From Nannocystales bacterium (GTDB lineage: Bacteria > Myxococcota_A > Polyangia > Nannocystales > Nannocystaceae), in NCBI GenBank assembly GCA_050633305.1, contig JBOEGF010000013.1, positions 1-64,000 on the forward strand: 64,000 nucleotides of DNA, in the 5' to 3' direction. The position numbers were made by a program, and so were the translations under genes. Positions 48,613 through 58,594 of this stretch are shown here, in pieces (within the stretch, counting starts at the first letter, position 1; the number at the start of each line of letters is the position of its first letter). The notes under the pieces are model-generated. The model searched no databases. It was not told the origin of the DNA and saw nothing but the letters and a program-made list of their open reading frames with translations.

Positions 48613-49506
48613 ATGCCGGGCTCCAATCATAGGCCGCTGGCGGCGGCATGGGTCCGAGGCCTGGGCCCGGACGCGGACATCGAACTCACGGCGGACCTCG
48701 AAGAGCGACTCCGGGGGCTGCCCGTTCGGGCCGGCGACCTCCGTGGAGAGGTCGATCTCGATGACGACGTTTTCGTGCACCATGTTGGCCAGCTCCTGAG
48801 TCGCCATGGCGACCCCATCGGCGCACTCGAGGGGCTACGCGTGGACGAGCTGTGGCTGACGTGTGGCTGCAAACTCGGCTCCCCCGCCGCGCTGCGCATC
48901 TTCGAACGCACGTATGTACCCGAAGCCAAGCGGGTCCTGCGACACAAGGGTCCGCCCGCCGATGAGGACGAGTTCCTCCAGCGATTTCGCGACCGTCTGC
49001 TGACTTCGGCCGAGGACAAACCACCCCGAATCGCGGCATTCTCCGGCCGCGGTGAACTCCGTAACTGGGTGCGTGTGGTTGCCCACCGCATGCTCCTCGA
49101 CGAGTTCCGCTCACGCGGCCAGGAGGTCGAGAGTCCCACCGACGCCAGCTCGGCGATCGCCTCGTCAGCCCCCGACCCGGAGATAGCCGCCCTCAAGAGC
49201 GCGTATCGGGACGACTTCAAGGCTGCGTTCGAGACCGCGTTTGCGAGCCTCGCATCCGGAGACCGAACCCTGCTTCGATATCGATACGTCGATGGGCTCG
49301 AAGTCCAGCAGATCGCGGCGATCGATGGGCGCCACCGGGTGAGCGTGTCGCGAGCGTTGTCCCGCATCCGCAACGCCTTGCTGGAACAGCTTCGCGCCAA
49401 CCTCGCCGAGCGCCTACGCATGGGGGCCTCCGAAGCCGAGAGCATGGTCCGGTTCATGCGGAGCCAACTCGACGTCAGCATTAGCCGTTTGTTGCGCGCG
49501 GATTGA
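48613..49506 (+). CDS. Myxococcales-type ECF sigma-70 factor
   Basis: ELWLTCGC..G...A, PPRIAAFSGRGELRNWVRVVA, DPE, LLRYRYVDGL...IAA...HRVSVSR, SQLDVSISRLL. Confidence 0.85.
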   Translation: MPGSNHRPLAAAWVRGLGPDADIELTADLEERLRGLPVRAGDLRGEVDLDDDVFVHHVGQLLSRHGDPIGALEGLRVDELWLTCGCKLGSPAALRIFERTYVPEAKRVLRHKGPPADEDEFLQRFRDRLLTSAEDKPPRIAAFSGRGELRNWVRVVAHRMLLDEFRSRGQEVESPTDASSAIASSAPDPEIAALKSAYRDDFKAAFETAFASLASGDRTLLRYRYVDGLEVQQIAAIDGRHRVSVSRALSRIRNALLEQLRANLAERLRMGASEAESMVRFMRSQLDVSISRLLRAD

Positions 49507-49591
49507 TCCCCCCTCAACACACACGACGGGCAATCCAGAAGATGTAGCGCGACAAAACGCTACACGCCCAAGATTCTCCGTCGTCTTCCGC

Positions 49592-50947
49592 ATGAGTACA
49601 CGTGCGTGTCGGTGGACCGACTCCTTGCTGGGCCTACTCTTCGCGGCCGGGTGCGGGGGCACCCCTGTCGAGCCGATCGACTTCGGCCTCGGAGACACAG
49701 GATCATCCACGCTTGGCGGGGGAAGCCCCGCCGGCACCACCGGCCTCTCATCGGCGTCGTCGGCGAGCGACACCTCGGGCGAAGCTCAGGGTACGGACAG
49801 CGACTCCGCGGCCCAGGACGACAGTTCCTCCGACGGGGGCTCGTCGGGTGACGACGGAACCACGGGGGACCACGGAGCCGACGGAGTGGTCCCCAACCGC
49901 ATCTCGATGGGGCACGGGCGGGCGTGCGCCATCGTCGAGGGCAATGCATGGTGCTGGGGATCCAACGAGTACGGACAGGCAGGGGACGGCACCCTCGACC
50001 CCGCCCTGTCGCCGGTCGCAGTCCAAGGCCTCCCGGAGCCCGTCCTCGCGATCCATGCCGGCTCAAACCATACCTGCGCATTGAGTGACGCAGGGGCGGT
50101 CCATTGTTGGGGCGGAAACTGGAACGGCCAGCTCGGTCGCGGCAACGCGGCGGACAGCGTGAGCCCAGGTCCTGTGGTCGGCCTCGACTCTGGCGTCCTC
50201 GACCTCTCGGTTGGCGGGAGCCATGCGTGCGCGAGACTGGACGAGGGGTCTGTCCAATGCTGGGGCTTCAACTCAGACGGACAGGTCGGGAGCGGCGGGT
50301 TCGGCAACACGGCCGTCCCAGCCCTCGTGGCCCTGGACGAACCCGCAATCGCCGTCGGCACCGGCGTCAACCACAGCTGCGCCGTCGTCCACAGCGGCGG
50401 GCTGTGGTGCTGGGGCGAGAACGAATATGGCCAACTGGGCGATGGCGGGATGCTGTACGACAACTACCCAATCCCGCTGGCAGCCGACGGGGACCCCAGC
50501 GTCCGAGGCTCCGACCTCAGCAGCGGTGGCATCGTGGCGATGACCGGCGGACTCCTCCACAGCTGCGGCATTGCCGATACGGGTGGCCTCAAATGCTGGG
50601 GCGACGGCTTCTCCAGAAGCGGTGCGATCGTCGTCCCCGGACTGAGCGCCGACATCGAGCACCTGGCGGCGGGAAGTTTCCACACCTGTGCGGCCCTCAC
50701 GGACGGCACGGTTTGGTGCGGGGGCAGAAACGTCGAGGGGCAGCTGGGCAACGGCACGACCGCCAGCACGGATGACATGGTTCAGGTCGTCGGCCTCACC
50801 GACGTGGTCGACGTCGCCGCCGGTCAGTACTCGAGCTGCGCGGAAACCAGCGATGCGATCTACTGTTGGGGCGACAACGGGGAGGGACAGCTCGGCGACG
50901 GCAGCACTTCGTCCAGCGCGACGCCGGTGCAGGTGATGTCCTGGTGA
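49592..50947 (+). CDS. RCC1/BLIP-II repeat lipoprotein
   Basis: AAGC lipobox; repeated HTCA....G.V.CWG.N..GQLG. Confidence 0.92.
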   Translation: MSTRACRWTDSLLGLLFAAGCGGTPVEPIDFGLGDTGSSTLGGGSPAGTTGLSSASSASDTSGEAQGTDSDSAAQDDSSSDGGSSGDDGTTGDHGADGVVPNRISMGHGRACAIVEGNAWCWGSNEYGQAGDGTLDPALSPVAVQGLPEPVLAIHAGSNHTCALSDAGAVHCWGGNWNGQLGRGNAADSVSPGPVVGLDSGVLDLSVGGSHACARLDEGSVQCWGFNSDGQVGSGGFGNTAVPALVALDEPAIAVGTGVNHSCAVVHSGGLWCWGENEYGQLGDGGMLYDNYPIPLAADGDPSVRGSDLSSGGIVAMTGGLLHSCGIADTGGLKCWGDGFSRSGAIVVPGLSADIEHLAAGSFHTCAALTDGTVWCGGRNVEGQLGNGTTASTDDMVQVVGLTDVVDVAAGQYSSCAETSDAIYCWGDNGEGQLGDGSTSSSATPVQVMSW

Positions 50948-51060
50948 CGCGCCTCGCGCTGTCTTCGAACCACCGCCGGTCCCCCTTCTGAACGCCCAGC
51001 ACCCCTCGGCCCCAGGAGACGCGGGAATGCTGAGGCGTTCGCTCCGGTTCACAGGATTCC

Positions 51061-51597
51061 TTGCACCAACGGTCCTACGAACTCGTTCTCTCACCGCGCG
51101 ATGCGATGCTCGTCTTCGAGGACCACCCGGCGGTCCTCGAACTCCGTCAGGGCCATCTGCGAACGGCGGGGGGCACCGTGACAGGCTGGGCGGAGGGTCA
51201 ACCGGGGCGGGTCGTGCTGCGCGGACGGTGGTCCCGAGGGTTCGCGTCGTGCTCCCCGCTGACCAGTCGCATCGAGCTCGACCTCACGCCCACGCCTCAA
51301 GGCACCAGCGTCACCCTTCGGCGCCAGTCCCCAAGTCTGCGAGCAATCGGTGAGTCCAAGGGCATTGTCGCGGTCGCCATCCTCACCGCCCTCGCAATAC
51401 TCAGGATCGGCGTGCTGCCGCCGATCACCCTCCTGTACATCTTCTCGGCTCAGATGCTCGCCGTCGGCGTCGTTTGGCTCTTGAAGCGGCGCGGCGTCGC
51501 GCGGGCCAACGACGCCCTCCTCGACCTCGCTTGGCGGGTCTGGGCCCCGCACGTCCGGGTCTCCGGGCCGGGGCTCTACCGCGGACAGGCGAAATGA
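51061..51597 (+). CDS. Hypothetical membrane protein
   Basis: Two C-terminal hydrophobic helices; C-terminal GLYR motif. Confidence 0.55.
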   Translation: MHQRSYELVLSPRDAMLVFEDHPAVLELRQGHLRTAGGTVTGWAEGQPGRVVLRGRWSRGFASCSPLTSRIELDLTPTPQGTSVTLRRQSPSLRAIGESKGIVAVAILTALAILRIGVLPPITLLYIFSAQMLAVGVVWLLKRRGVARANDALLDLAWRVWAPHVRVSGPGLYRGQAK

Positions 51598-51655
51598 CTC
51601 CCCGCATCTCCGCGTCCGCAGTCGTCCCGGGCATGCGTCCCTCGGCGCCGAGGGC

Positions 51656-53095
51656 TCAGTCGGTGAGCACGTGCTGCCGGATGCTCACCGCGTTGCCGTC
51701 GTGAACGACATAGACGATGCGGCCCAGGTCCGCGGTCCATCGATATCGCTCCTCGGAGATGAACCCAAGCGAGTTCTCGGGCGGCGCCCCGCGAATGTCG
51801 GTATCGAGGACTTCGAACTCCCCGCCGAGGCGGTTGCGGTAGAGCCAGAAGTCCTCGCGATCGGTAGGGTTCCGGGCCAGCGCGGTGACGTACTCCGTGC
51901 CAAGGTGCGTGTAGCCGAGCGTTGGGAAGAACGACTCTTGGAAGCCAAGCGACGGCAGGAATGGATAGGGTTCACCTCCGTCTAAAGGATACGCCCAGAC
52001 ATCTTCGGTGCCCTCCACAAGGAGAACATCCTTCCACGGCACGCCGGCCGAAGTCGCAGTCACCACGCCGTCCGCGAGCGGACGAGCCCACACGATCTCG
52101 AGCTCGGCGTCTTCGTCTTCGGGTCGCTCGAGCGGGACCCTGAGAAGCTGGAGTCCATCGTCCGTAGCCACGACCACCCGCTCACCATCGACGACCGTGA
52201 CGCCGCGGACGTTCGTCACATTGCCCGCCAGCGGGCCCGCCCACTCGGGCCGCCACAGCGTCAATCCAGTGTCCACGATCGCCGCCAGCCCGGCTTCGAC
52301 GCTCACCGAGTTTCGCGTTTTTAGCCGATCCCCCCTCACCTCAATGGTCTCGAACCAAGCTCCGGTCTCGAGGTCCAGCGCGAACAGCATGGGGAGGCCG
52401 AGCTCTGGCAGCGAGACGGGCTCCGAATACGCGGCGAGGAATACCCACGAGGACGCGTTGCCTTGGGTCACGACAAACTCAATGGGTGGGAGCCCATCGA
52501 CGAGAATGGCCTCTCCATTCCCGGGCGGAAGGACAGCGAGACCATCACGTCCTCGGACGACGCCCGCGTCTCCCAGCCATGTCAGCGAAGCCCCAGAGAG
52601 CGGCGGCACCTTTCGCGAAGACCCGTCTGGCAAGTACTGCACCACGCCTTCGTCGGTCGTCACGAACCCAAACGACGAGTCCGGGCCATCAGCACAGTAC
52701 TCCCCAAGTCCGAGTTCCTTTCCGCGGCCCCCGTGCATGAGGATCTCCCAGATTCCAGGGCCTTCGAGTGCCGATTTCGAGCTGCATAGCACAACCTCCC
52801 CGCCGAGGTAGGCGGCGCCACTCGACAGACCGTAGGTCTTGTTCAAGCGAAGCGGTTCCCCCCCACAGTTGTCCACCAGCACCACATCTCCGAAATGCGG
52901 GGCTGCGACCGACACCGCATCGATGAGATCGAAGGCCCGGTAGTCCCCCGTCGCGTCTTCGATGCGCAGGAGCTCGCGTGGAGACTCCTGGGCATCGCAG
53001 GCCCCAAACTCGGCCGTGGCGACAGGGTCGTCCTCACAACCAACGGAAAGGAGAAGAGCGGGAACGATCCAGCGAGCGGACCGAGGAGGGTTCAT
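51656..53095 (-). CDS. Hypothetical lipoprotein
   Basis: LLSVGC lipobox; long beta-rich ORF. Confidence 0.7.
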   Translation of the reverse strand: MNPPRSARWIVPALLLSVGCEDDPVATAEFGACDAQESPRELLRIEDATGDYRAFDLIDAVSVAAPHFGDVVLVDNCGGEPLRLNKTYGLSSGAAYLGGEVVLCSSKSALEGPGIWEILMHGGRGKELGLGEYCADGPDSSFGFVTTDEGVVQYLPDGSSRKVPPLSGASLTWLGDAGVVRGRDGLAVLPPGNGEAILVDGLPPIEFVVTQGNASSWVFLAAYSEPVSLPELGLPMLFALDLETGAWFETIEVRGDRLKTRNSVSVEAGLAAIVDTGLTLWRPEWAGPLAGNVTNVRGVTVVDGERVVVATDDGLQLLRVPLERPEDEDAELEIVWARPLADGVVTATSAGVPWKDVLLVEGTEDVWAYPLDGGEPYPFLPSLGFQESFFPTLGYTHLGTEYVTALARNPTDREDFWLYRNRLGGEFEVLDTDIRGAPPENSLGFISEERYRWTADLGRIVYVVHDGNAVSIRQHVLTD

Positions 53096-53274
53096 GCGCT
53101 TCGTCCTGATGGGCACAGCCATACGAGCTTCTACCGCCTACGAGCACAGCCGAGAACCCCGCCGTAGCCTGCAAGGACAGGGCGGGGAACGAGACCGAAG
53201 CGTACGGTGTGGCAGGGCGACGGACGACAGGGTGTTCGACTTCCCGACCGTTGGTCTGCGAAGTCAGTCAGCTC

Positions 53275-54033
53275 CTATGGGCACAATGCGGGATGTCCGG
53301 GGCCGCAGTCGTCCCCTGGTCCAGTTCCGGCCCCAGTCCCAGTGCCAGTCCCAGTCCCAGTCCCAGGCGCGGTGAAGCCTGTCACGGTCGTGGTCGCGAT
53401 CACGCTATTGCTATACCTGTCGGTTTCCACCGTGAAGACGTAGTGACCGTTCTCCTGGATCCAGGGTGCCGGAATACAGGTCAGGCCCGCGTCACGTTCC
53501 CCGTTGAAGATCTGCTTCGCGTTGCCGTTCGCGCTCACCTTGATCCAGACCTTTCGTCCAGCGAGGTTGGCGAGATCCCAGCAAACGGAGGTTTGGCCCA
53601 ACGAGCCGGCTGGCACGGGAACGGGGTTCGGCGTAGCGCTGATCGACGCGATGACGGGAACGGGGCTGCAGTAGGCGGCGTTGTCGAAACCTGGGCTGGC
53701 ACAGCTACCGCACGACCAGCTGCAGGTTGTGTAGAGGATCGCCTCTCCGACGGGACAGTTGAACCCGCACTGGAGTCCGGCTTTGACCGAGTTCTCTGCG
53801 TTGAATTCCGTCGATTCGGACGCGGACGGCCCTGCCCCTTCTCGAGGTTCAGCGTCCTCGAGATCGGCCAACTCGTCGAGCAACATCAAGTCCGCGACCT
53901 CGAACGAGAGGTCGTCCGCAAGCTCGGCCGAGTTCTCAACGGCGTCGTCTCCCGACTCTGTCGCGCAAGCCGTGAGCACGAAGCCAGCTGCGAGCATCAC
54001 TGCTGGGATCATGCTTTTCTTTGTTCTCTTCAC
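53275..54033 (-). CDS. Hypothetical Cys-rich lipoprotein with Gly-Thr tail
   Basis: LTAC lipobox, acidic region, Cys cluster, (GT)n repeat. Confidence 0.75.
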   Translation of the reverse strand: MKRTKKSMIPAVMLAAGFVLTACATESGDDAVENSAELADDLSFEVADLMLLDELADLEDAEPREGAGPSASESTEFNAENSVKAGLQCGFNCPVGEAILYTTCSWSCGSCASPGFDNAAYCSPVPVIASISATPNPVPVPAGSLGQTSVCWDLANLAGRKVWIKVSANGNAKQIFNGERDAGLTCIPAPWIQENGHYVFTVETDRYSNSVIATTTVTGFTAPGTGTGTGTGTGAGTGPGDDCGPGHPALCP

Positions 54034-54606
54034 GCGCCGTAGTTCGCCGCAGGAACCAGGAATCTGACGCTGGCCCGTAGTTTCTTGCGCGAGGGATTCG
54101 CAACCGGCCGGCCCGACCTTCTGGAGCAGCCCCTCAACGGTTGATGGAGAGCCCCCCCAGGTCCAGCTCCGAATCCAGGGACGTTTCCCCGCCAGCTCCG
54201 ACCGTCTCGGTCAGCAATCCAGAATCGGCGAGAGGGGGCTTCGAACTCTCCGGTCGTCTCCTCGCTGTCCATTCTCGGCGCGTCGTGGCGGACACGGTCG
54301 ACCTCGGGTCCGCTGAGCCCCACCTTGCGTAGCCGACAGCGACTGCGCGGTCGAGCAGCACTGCGATCCGGCGCCCTCCATGGGGCTGCCACCCGTGCGT
54401 CTGGGGACAAGGCGACTGCGATGAGTACCTGCTCACGGTCCGCGGGGATGCGTTTTCGGGCGCTGGGAGCCGGCGCAGAGTGACAGAACCTGCGTCGGCG
54501 CCATCGTCCGTCCGCATGCGTCCTCGATACCGGACGCCTGTAGTCACACCGCCCCCAGAACCATCTCGACGCGTACGGCCAACCATCCGCTAGCCTTGGA
54601 GGGCTG

Positions 54607-54837
54607 ATGAGCGCCCCCGAATCCCACGAGACCGCAGCCGAGACTGCCCCGGGGGACTACGACGCGGAGATGCTGCTCTCGGCCGTCGAAAAGATGGAGT
54701 CAGCAACCGAGGCCCTTGCGGTGATCCGCGGCGGCGCGCAGCCCGGACTCCGTGACCTCGAGACAGCAGCGGTCCTCCTCGCAGATGCGAGCACACTCCT
54801 CGAGTTCGTCTACGGCCGCCTCCAGCCCGAGGCATAG
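54607..54837 (+). CDS. Small acidic helical hypothetical protein
   Basis: GGAGGG RBS before ATG; coding-like composition. Confidence 0.55.
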   Translation: MSAPESHETAAETAPGDYDAEMLLSAVEKMESATEALAVIRGGAQPGLRDLETAAVLLADASTLLEFVYGRLQPEA

Positions 54838-54915
54838 CGCCATCGCGAGTCTTGGGCCGCCAAACTCGCGGCCACGGTGCGCGCAGCGTCCGGGCGTGCA
54901 AGAGTCGGCTGCAAC

Positions 54916-55779
54916 GTGCCCACACGCCCAGACGTAACGCCCGAACTCTTCGATGACCTGGTCGTCGTCGTGGCGGTGGCCGACGCCCGAAGCGTCGCGG
55001 GAGCAGCCCGGGCCCTTGGAGTCGACGGTTCGACGGTAAGCCGCCGGGTCCGGCGTCTGGAGGACTCCCTGGGCATCGCCCTGTTTCACCGCGGCGGCCG
55101 GGGCATGGAGCTTGCCGAGCCAGGCCGCCGCTTGGTGCAGCGCGTACAGGCCGCGATGAACGAGGTCAGCCTGGGCTTGGACGAGGCGCTGCTCGACGGT
55201 GACGGCCTTCGTGGCCGTGTCATCGTGACAGCCCCCACCGAGTTGGGCACGGCCTTCTTCACGCCGATCATCACTGCGTTCTCGCTCGAACACCCCGACG
55301 TCGACTTCGTCCTCGAGTTGGGAGATCGCGTGCTCTCGCTCGACAAACGAGAGGCCGACATTGCGCTTCGAACGATGCGGCCCGAGAAGGGGGACGTGGT
55401 GGCGCGGAAGCTCCGCGGCCCGCTCGGGTACATCGTGCGCTCGCCCGAACTCGCCCCCGATGACGCGCGACAGCGGTGGCTCGCGTACACCGGCCGGGAC
55501 CCGATCGTGGACGACATCGTCGAGTCCGTCCCCGGCGCACGGGTGGTGCTGCGAACCAACGACCTCGCGGGACTGCGGGCCGCATGTCAGGCCGGAATGG
55601 GGGCAAGCCTCATGCCGGAGCCCTTCGTCGAGCTGCTCGGACTTGTGCCGATGGAGGGGTTCGAGCCGGTCCAGCTGCCGCCGCTCTTCCTGTGCGCTCC
55701 GTCGGTCTCCCTAGAATTACCGCGCGTCCGGGCGCTTTGGGACGCGATCGTCGAGAGCTACACGCAAATTCTGCCGTAA
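54916..55779 (+). CDS. LysR family transcriptional regulator
   Basis: SVAGAARALGVDGSTVSRRVRRLE..LG..LF.R; LDKREADIALR. Confidence 0.9.
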   Translation: MPTRPDVTPELFDDLVVVVAVADARSVAGAARALGVDGSTVSRRVRRLEDSLGIALFHRGGRGMELAEPGRRLVQRVQAAMNEVSLGLDEALLDGDGLRGRVIVTAPTELGTAFFTPIITAFSLEHPDVDFVLELGDRVLSLDKREADIALRTMRPEKGDVVARKLRGPLGYIVRSPELAPDDARQRWLAYTGRDPIVDDIVESVPGARVVLRTNDLAGLRAACQAGMGASLMPEPFVELLGLVPMEGFEPVQLPPLFLCAPSVSLELPRVRALWDAIVESYTQILP

Positions 55780-55892
55780 CTCCAGCCAGTTACGTTGTGT
55801 CCGCAAGTCGGCAATTGTGTCACCGGATCCGTGCAACGGGGCGTTGCAAGACCAGGCAGGCAACGGACGAGTCCGGCCCGTAAGCCCAGGGG

Positions 55893-56840
55893 GTGAGACG
55901 GACTGGTTTTGCGCTCCTCCTCTTCGGTGCCTCGGCTTGCAACCAGGTGTCGTCCATCGACAACCCCGACCCGACCGCACTCGACGACGTCGAGTTCGCG
56001 CGGATGCGCCTGGGTCATCGGCTGTTCTTCGACCCGGGGCTCTCGGCAAGCGGCGAAACATCCTGCGCGACCTGCCACGAACCGGACCAGTTCGGTGTTG
56101 ACGGTCTGGCCCGCTCCGTGGGCGACCAGGAGACCGCGGTGCGACGCAACGCGCCTTCGACGTTCAACGCCGCGTTGAAGTCCCACCAGTTTTGGGACGG
56201 TCGCGCAGCGACACTCGAAGAGCAGGCTTCGGGCCCGTTGTTGGCGGCCGACGAAATGGGTGGTGACGAGGACGCGATCCTCGAACATGTCCGCGGATAC
56301 GACGACCTGTTCGACGCCGCGTTTCCCGGAGAAGGCGGCCCAAGCCTGGACCAGGTGACGAGCGCCCTCGCCGACTACCAGCGGATGTTGCCCCGACGTT
56401 CGCGCTTTGACGCCTACCTCGACGGAGACCGCGACGCGTTGAGCCGGACCGAGCGCCGGGGCTATCGTTTGTTCCGCCGCAACTGCGATTTCTGTCACAG
56501 CGGAGCTGGAATCGGCGGAGGCCAGATCGAAAAGCTCGGAGAGGAAGAGCCCTGGCCCGAGGACAGGCGAGACGACCAAGGCCGCTTCGAAGTCACCCAG
56601 AACCCCGGCGACCGCATGAAGTTCGTCGTGCCCTCGCTTCGCAACGTCTCGAAGACCGCGCCGTACTTTCACGATGGGAGCGTGGAAACCTTGGACGAGG
56701 CCGTCCGACTGATGGCTCGGCATCAGCTCGGCCGAGACTTCTCGGGTCGAAATGTGCGCGCGCTCGTGGCCTTTCTCGAGACGCTGGAAGCTCAGGACGT
56801 GCAGCCGTGGGCCTACGAGGACTGGGATGGCACACGCTGA
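55893..56840 (+). CDS. Di-heme cytochrome c peroxidase/MauG family lipoprotein
   Basis: ASAC lipobox; LFFDP.LS, CATCH, RNAPS, QFWDGRA..LEEQ, CDFCH, VPSLRNV..TAPYFHDG. Confidence 0.93.
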   Translation: MRRTGFALLLFGASACNQVSSIDNPDPTALDDVEFARMRLGHRLFFDPGLSASGETSCATCHEPDQFGVDGLARSVGDQETAVRRNAPSTFNAALKSHQFWDGRAATLEEQASGPLLAADEMGGDEDAILEHVRGYDDLFDAAFPGEGGPSLDQVTSALADYQRMLPRRSRFDAYLDGDRDALSRTERRGYRLFRRNCDFCHSGAGIGGGQIEKLGEEEPWPEDRRDDQGRFEVTQNPGDRMKFVVPSLRNVSKTAPYFHDGSVETLDEAVRLMARHQLGRDFSGRNVRALVAFLETLEAQDVQPWAYEDWDGTR

Positions 56841-56952
56841 CCCGCGCTCAGCCAACCGCCAGTCGGTCTCGGGGTGTACGATCCACACCACACGTGTGCA
56901 TTTCACAGCACGCCTTGGCTGCCCAGAAGGCCCCTAGAACCCCGAAACGGAC

Positions 56953-56968
56953 TGGCACCCCCGTTGCA
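56953..56968 (+). promoter_or_regulatory. Sigma-54 -24/-12 promoter
   Basis: TGGCAC-CCCCG-TTGCA consensus match, 12 nt before GTG 56981. Confidence 0.7.
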
Positions 56969-56980
56969 ACACCGGGACGC

Positions 56981-57403
56981 GTGCGGCTTGGTTCCATCAT
57001 CCTCAGCGCCCTGTTTTTGGCCGGATGCAGATCGGACTACGAAGGCGAGAGCTTCCCGCCTGTGGTCGAGGCCGATGAAGTGGAGTCCGTCGACGCGGTG
57101 CCGGACGACGCGCGGATCATCGGCTTCGTCTCCGACAGCGAAGACAGCACGCTCGATGGCAGCAGCCTCGTCGAACGAGCGCTGTACTGCAACGTCGAGG
57201 ACCGCCTCATCCGACAGATGAGGCGCACGGTCGCGGACGAGGGCGGTGAGTTCCTCGTGGGAGTCTACTGCGAGACGACGGAGGACGAGGACAGGTCCGC
57301 GATCCACGACGACCCGGACACGAGTCGTGTGGAGACGTCGTTGTACTGCGAGACCTACTGCGAAGCCGACGTCGCCCGCCGCTGGATTCACGACCGCGGC
57401 TAG
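56981..57403 (+). CDS. Hypothetical lipoprotein
   Basis: FLAGC lipobox; four further Cys. Confidence 0.7.
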   Translation: MRLGSIILSALFLAGCRSDYEGESFPPVVEADEVESVDAVPDDARIIGFVSDSEDSTLDGSSLVERALYCNVEDRLIRQMRRTVADEGGEFLVGVYCETTEDEDRSAIHDDPDTSRVETSLYCETYCEADVARRWIHDRG

Positions 57404-57418
57404 AACGGCCGACAGCGC

Positions 57419-58120
57419 TCAGGGAGCGACGACTTGGTTCAGCCAGTCGCTCATCGTGGTGAGCACTTCGGGCTCGAGTGTCTGCTCGATCGCACCGTAC
57501 TCGGTGGGCAATCCCGTCTTGGCAGCCTGAAAGAGGTGGTTCAGCCCCGGAAACCGGACGGCGTGGACGCGGTCGTTGGGTTGCAGTGCGATGCGGATCG
57601 CAGCGAGGTCTTGCTCGGGCAGCACTTGAAGATCCAGGTCCCCCTGGAGGACCAAGACCGGGCATTGGACAGCCTTCAGTGCGGGCGCGGGGTCGTAGCG
57701 AACGAAGCCCATGAGCCAGGGCGAGACGCTCGACGCCGCGCTGGCTGGAACCGTCGTCTGTGCCTCCTCGATGGTGTTTGCCGCCAGGATCGCGTCGATG
57801 GTGGCATCTTGCTCGGCCTGAACCGCTTCGAGTTGCGCCTGCGAAGCACCAGAGGCGCGGACGAGTTCGACGGCTTGCTTGCGAATGACCTGATCCCCTG
57901 GACCCCCCGGCCCTGCCATCATCACGACGAAGGCCACCCTCGCGTCCGTGGAAGCGACACGGGGCCCGAGCGCCCCCCCTCGCTATGGCCGATCTCACCG
58001 ACACGACCCCCGTCGATCTGAGGATGCTTCGCAGCATCTCGAGGGCCGCCTCTGCGTCTTGGGCAAGCTCAGCCCCAGTTGAGTTCGCAACGCTCCCCGT
58101 CGACCCCCCGACGCCTCCAG
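57419..58120 (-). pseudogene. 5'-truncated alpha/beta hydrolase with two frameshifts
   Basis: GVGGSTG...LAQDAEAALEML / IGHSEGG / VAFVVMMAGPG...PVLVLQGDLDLQV...GLNHLFQ lie in different frames; one break is in a G7 run. Confidence 0.8.
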
Positions 58121-58171
58121 TTCGGCCGGGGTGCATGCCAACGCACGAGCAGTACATGTTACGCGTTGGCG

Positions 58172-58594
58172 ATGCTGTTCCGCGTCGTTCTTGCGACCTC
58201 GCTCCTCGGCGCCGCGAGTTGCTCCCGGCCAGTCGAAGGGCCTCCGCCGACACAGCAAGCCGCGGCCAACAAGCTGCGAACAACGGCCCCCGCCGAACCG
58301 TCGAGTGTCTCCCCGCGCCGACCGGCCGCTGAGTCTCCCCGCATCGGTCCCCAGGCCACGCTCATGACGCTCTCCGTCACGGTCACCCCCGCGAAACTCT
58401 TCGTGCGCGGAAAATCGGTTGAGCCAGCCCAGCTCCGCCCCCAACTTCAAGCCCTTGCCAAGCGATATCCGGATGCCACGGTCGCGGTCCAGGCCGACGC
58501 CACGGTTCCCGAGAAGCGATTGGCCAAAGCCCTCGAGGCGATCAAGGCCGCGGGGTTCGAGACGGTCGAAGTTGCGACACGACCGGTCCGGTGA
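58172..58594 (+). CDS. ExbD/TolR periplasmic-domain lipoprotein
   Basis: GAASC lipobox; VAVQADATVP...ALEAIKAAGFETVEVAT. Confidence 0.75.
   Translation: MLFRVVLATSLLGAASCSRPVEGPPPTQQAAANKLRTTAPAEPSSVSPRRPAAESPRIGPQATLMTLSVTVTPAKLFVRGKSVEPAQLRPQLQALAKRYPDATVAVQADATVPEKRLAKALEAIKAAGFETVEVATRPVR

Noticed and set aside
55832..55848. TGCAACG-GGG-CGTTGCA palindrome upstream of the peroxidase
   Set aside because: Could be an operator or terminator stem, but it is a single short instance with no assignable regulator.
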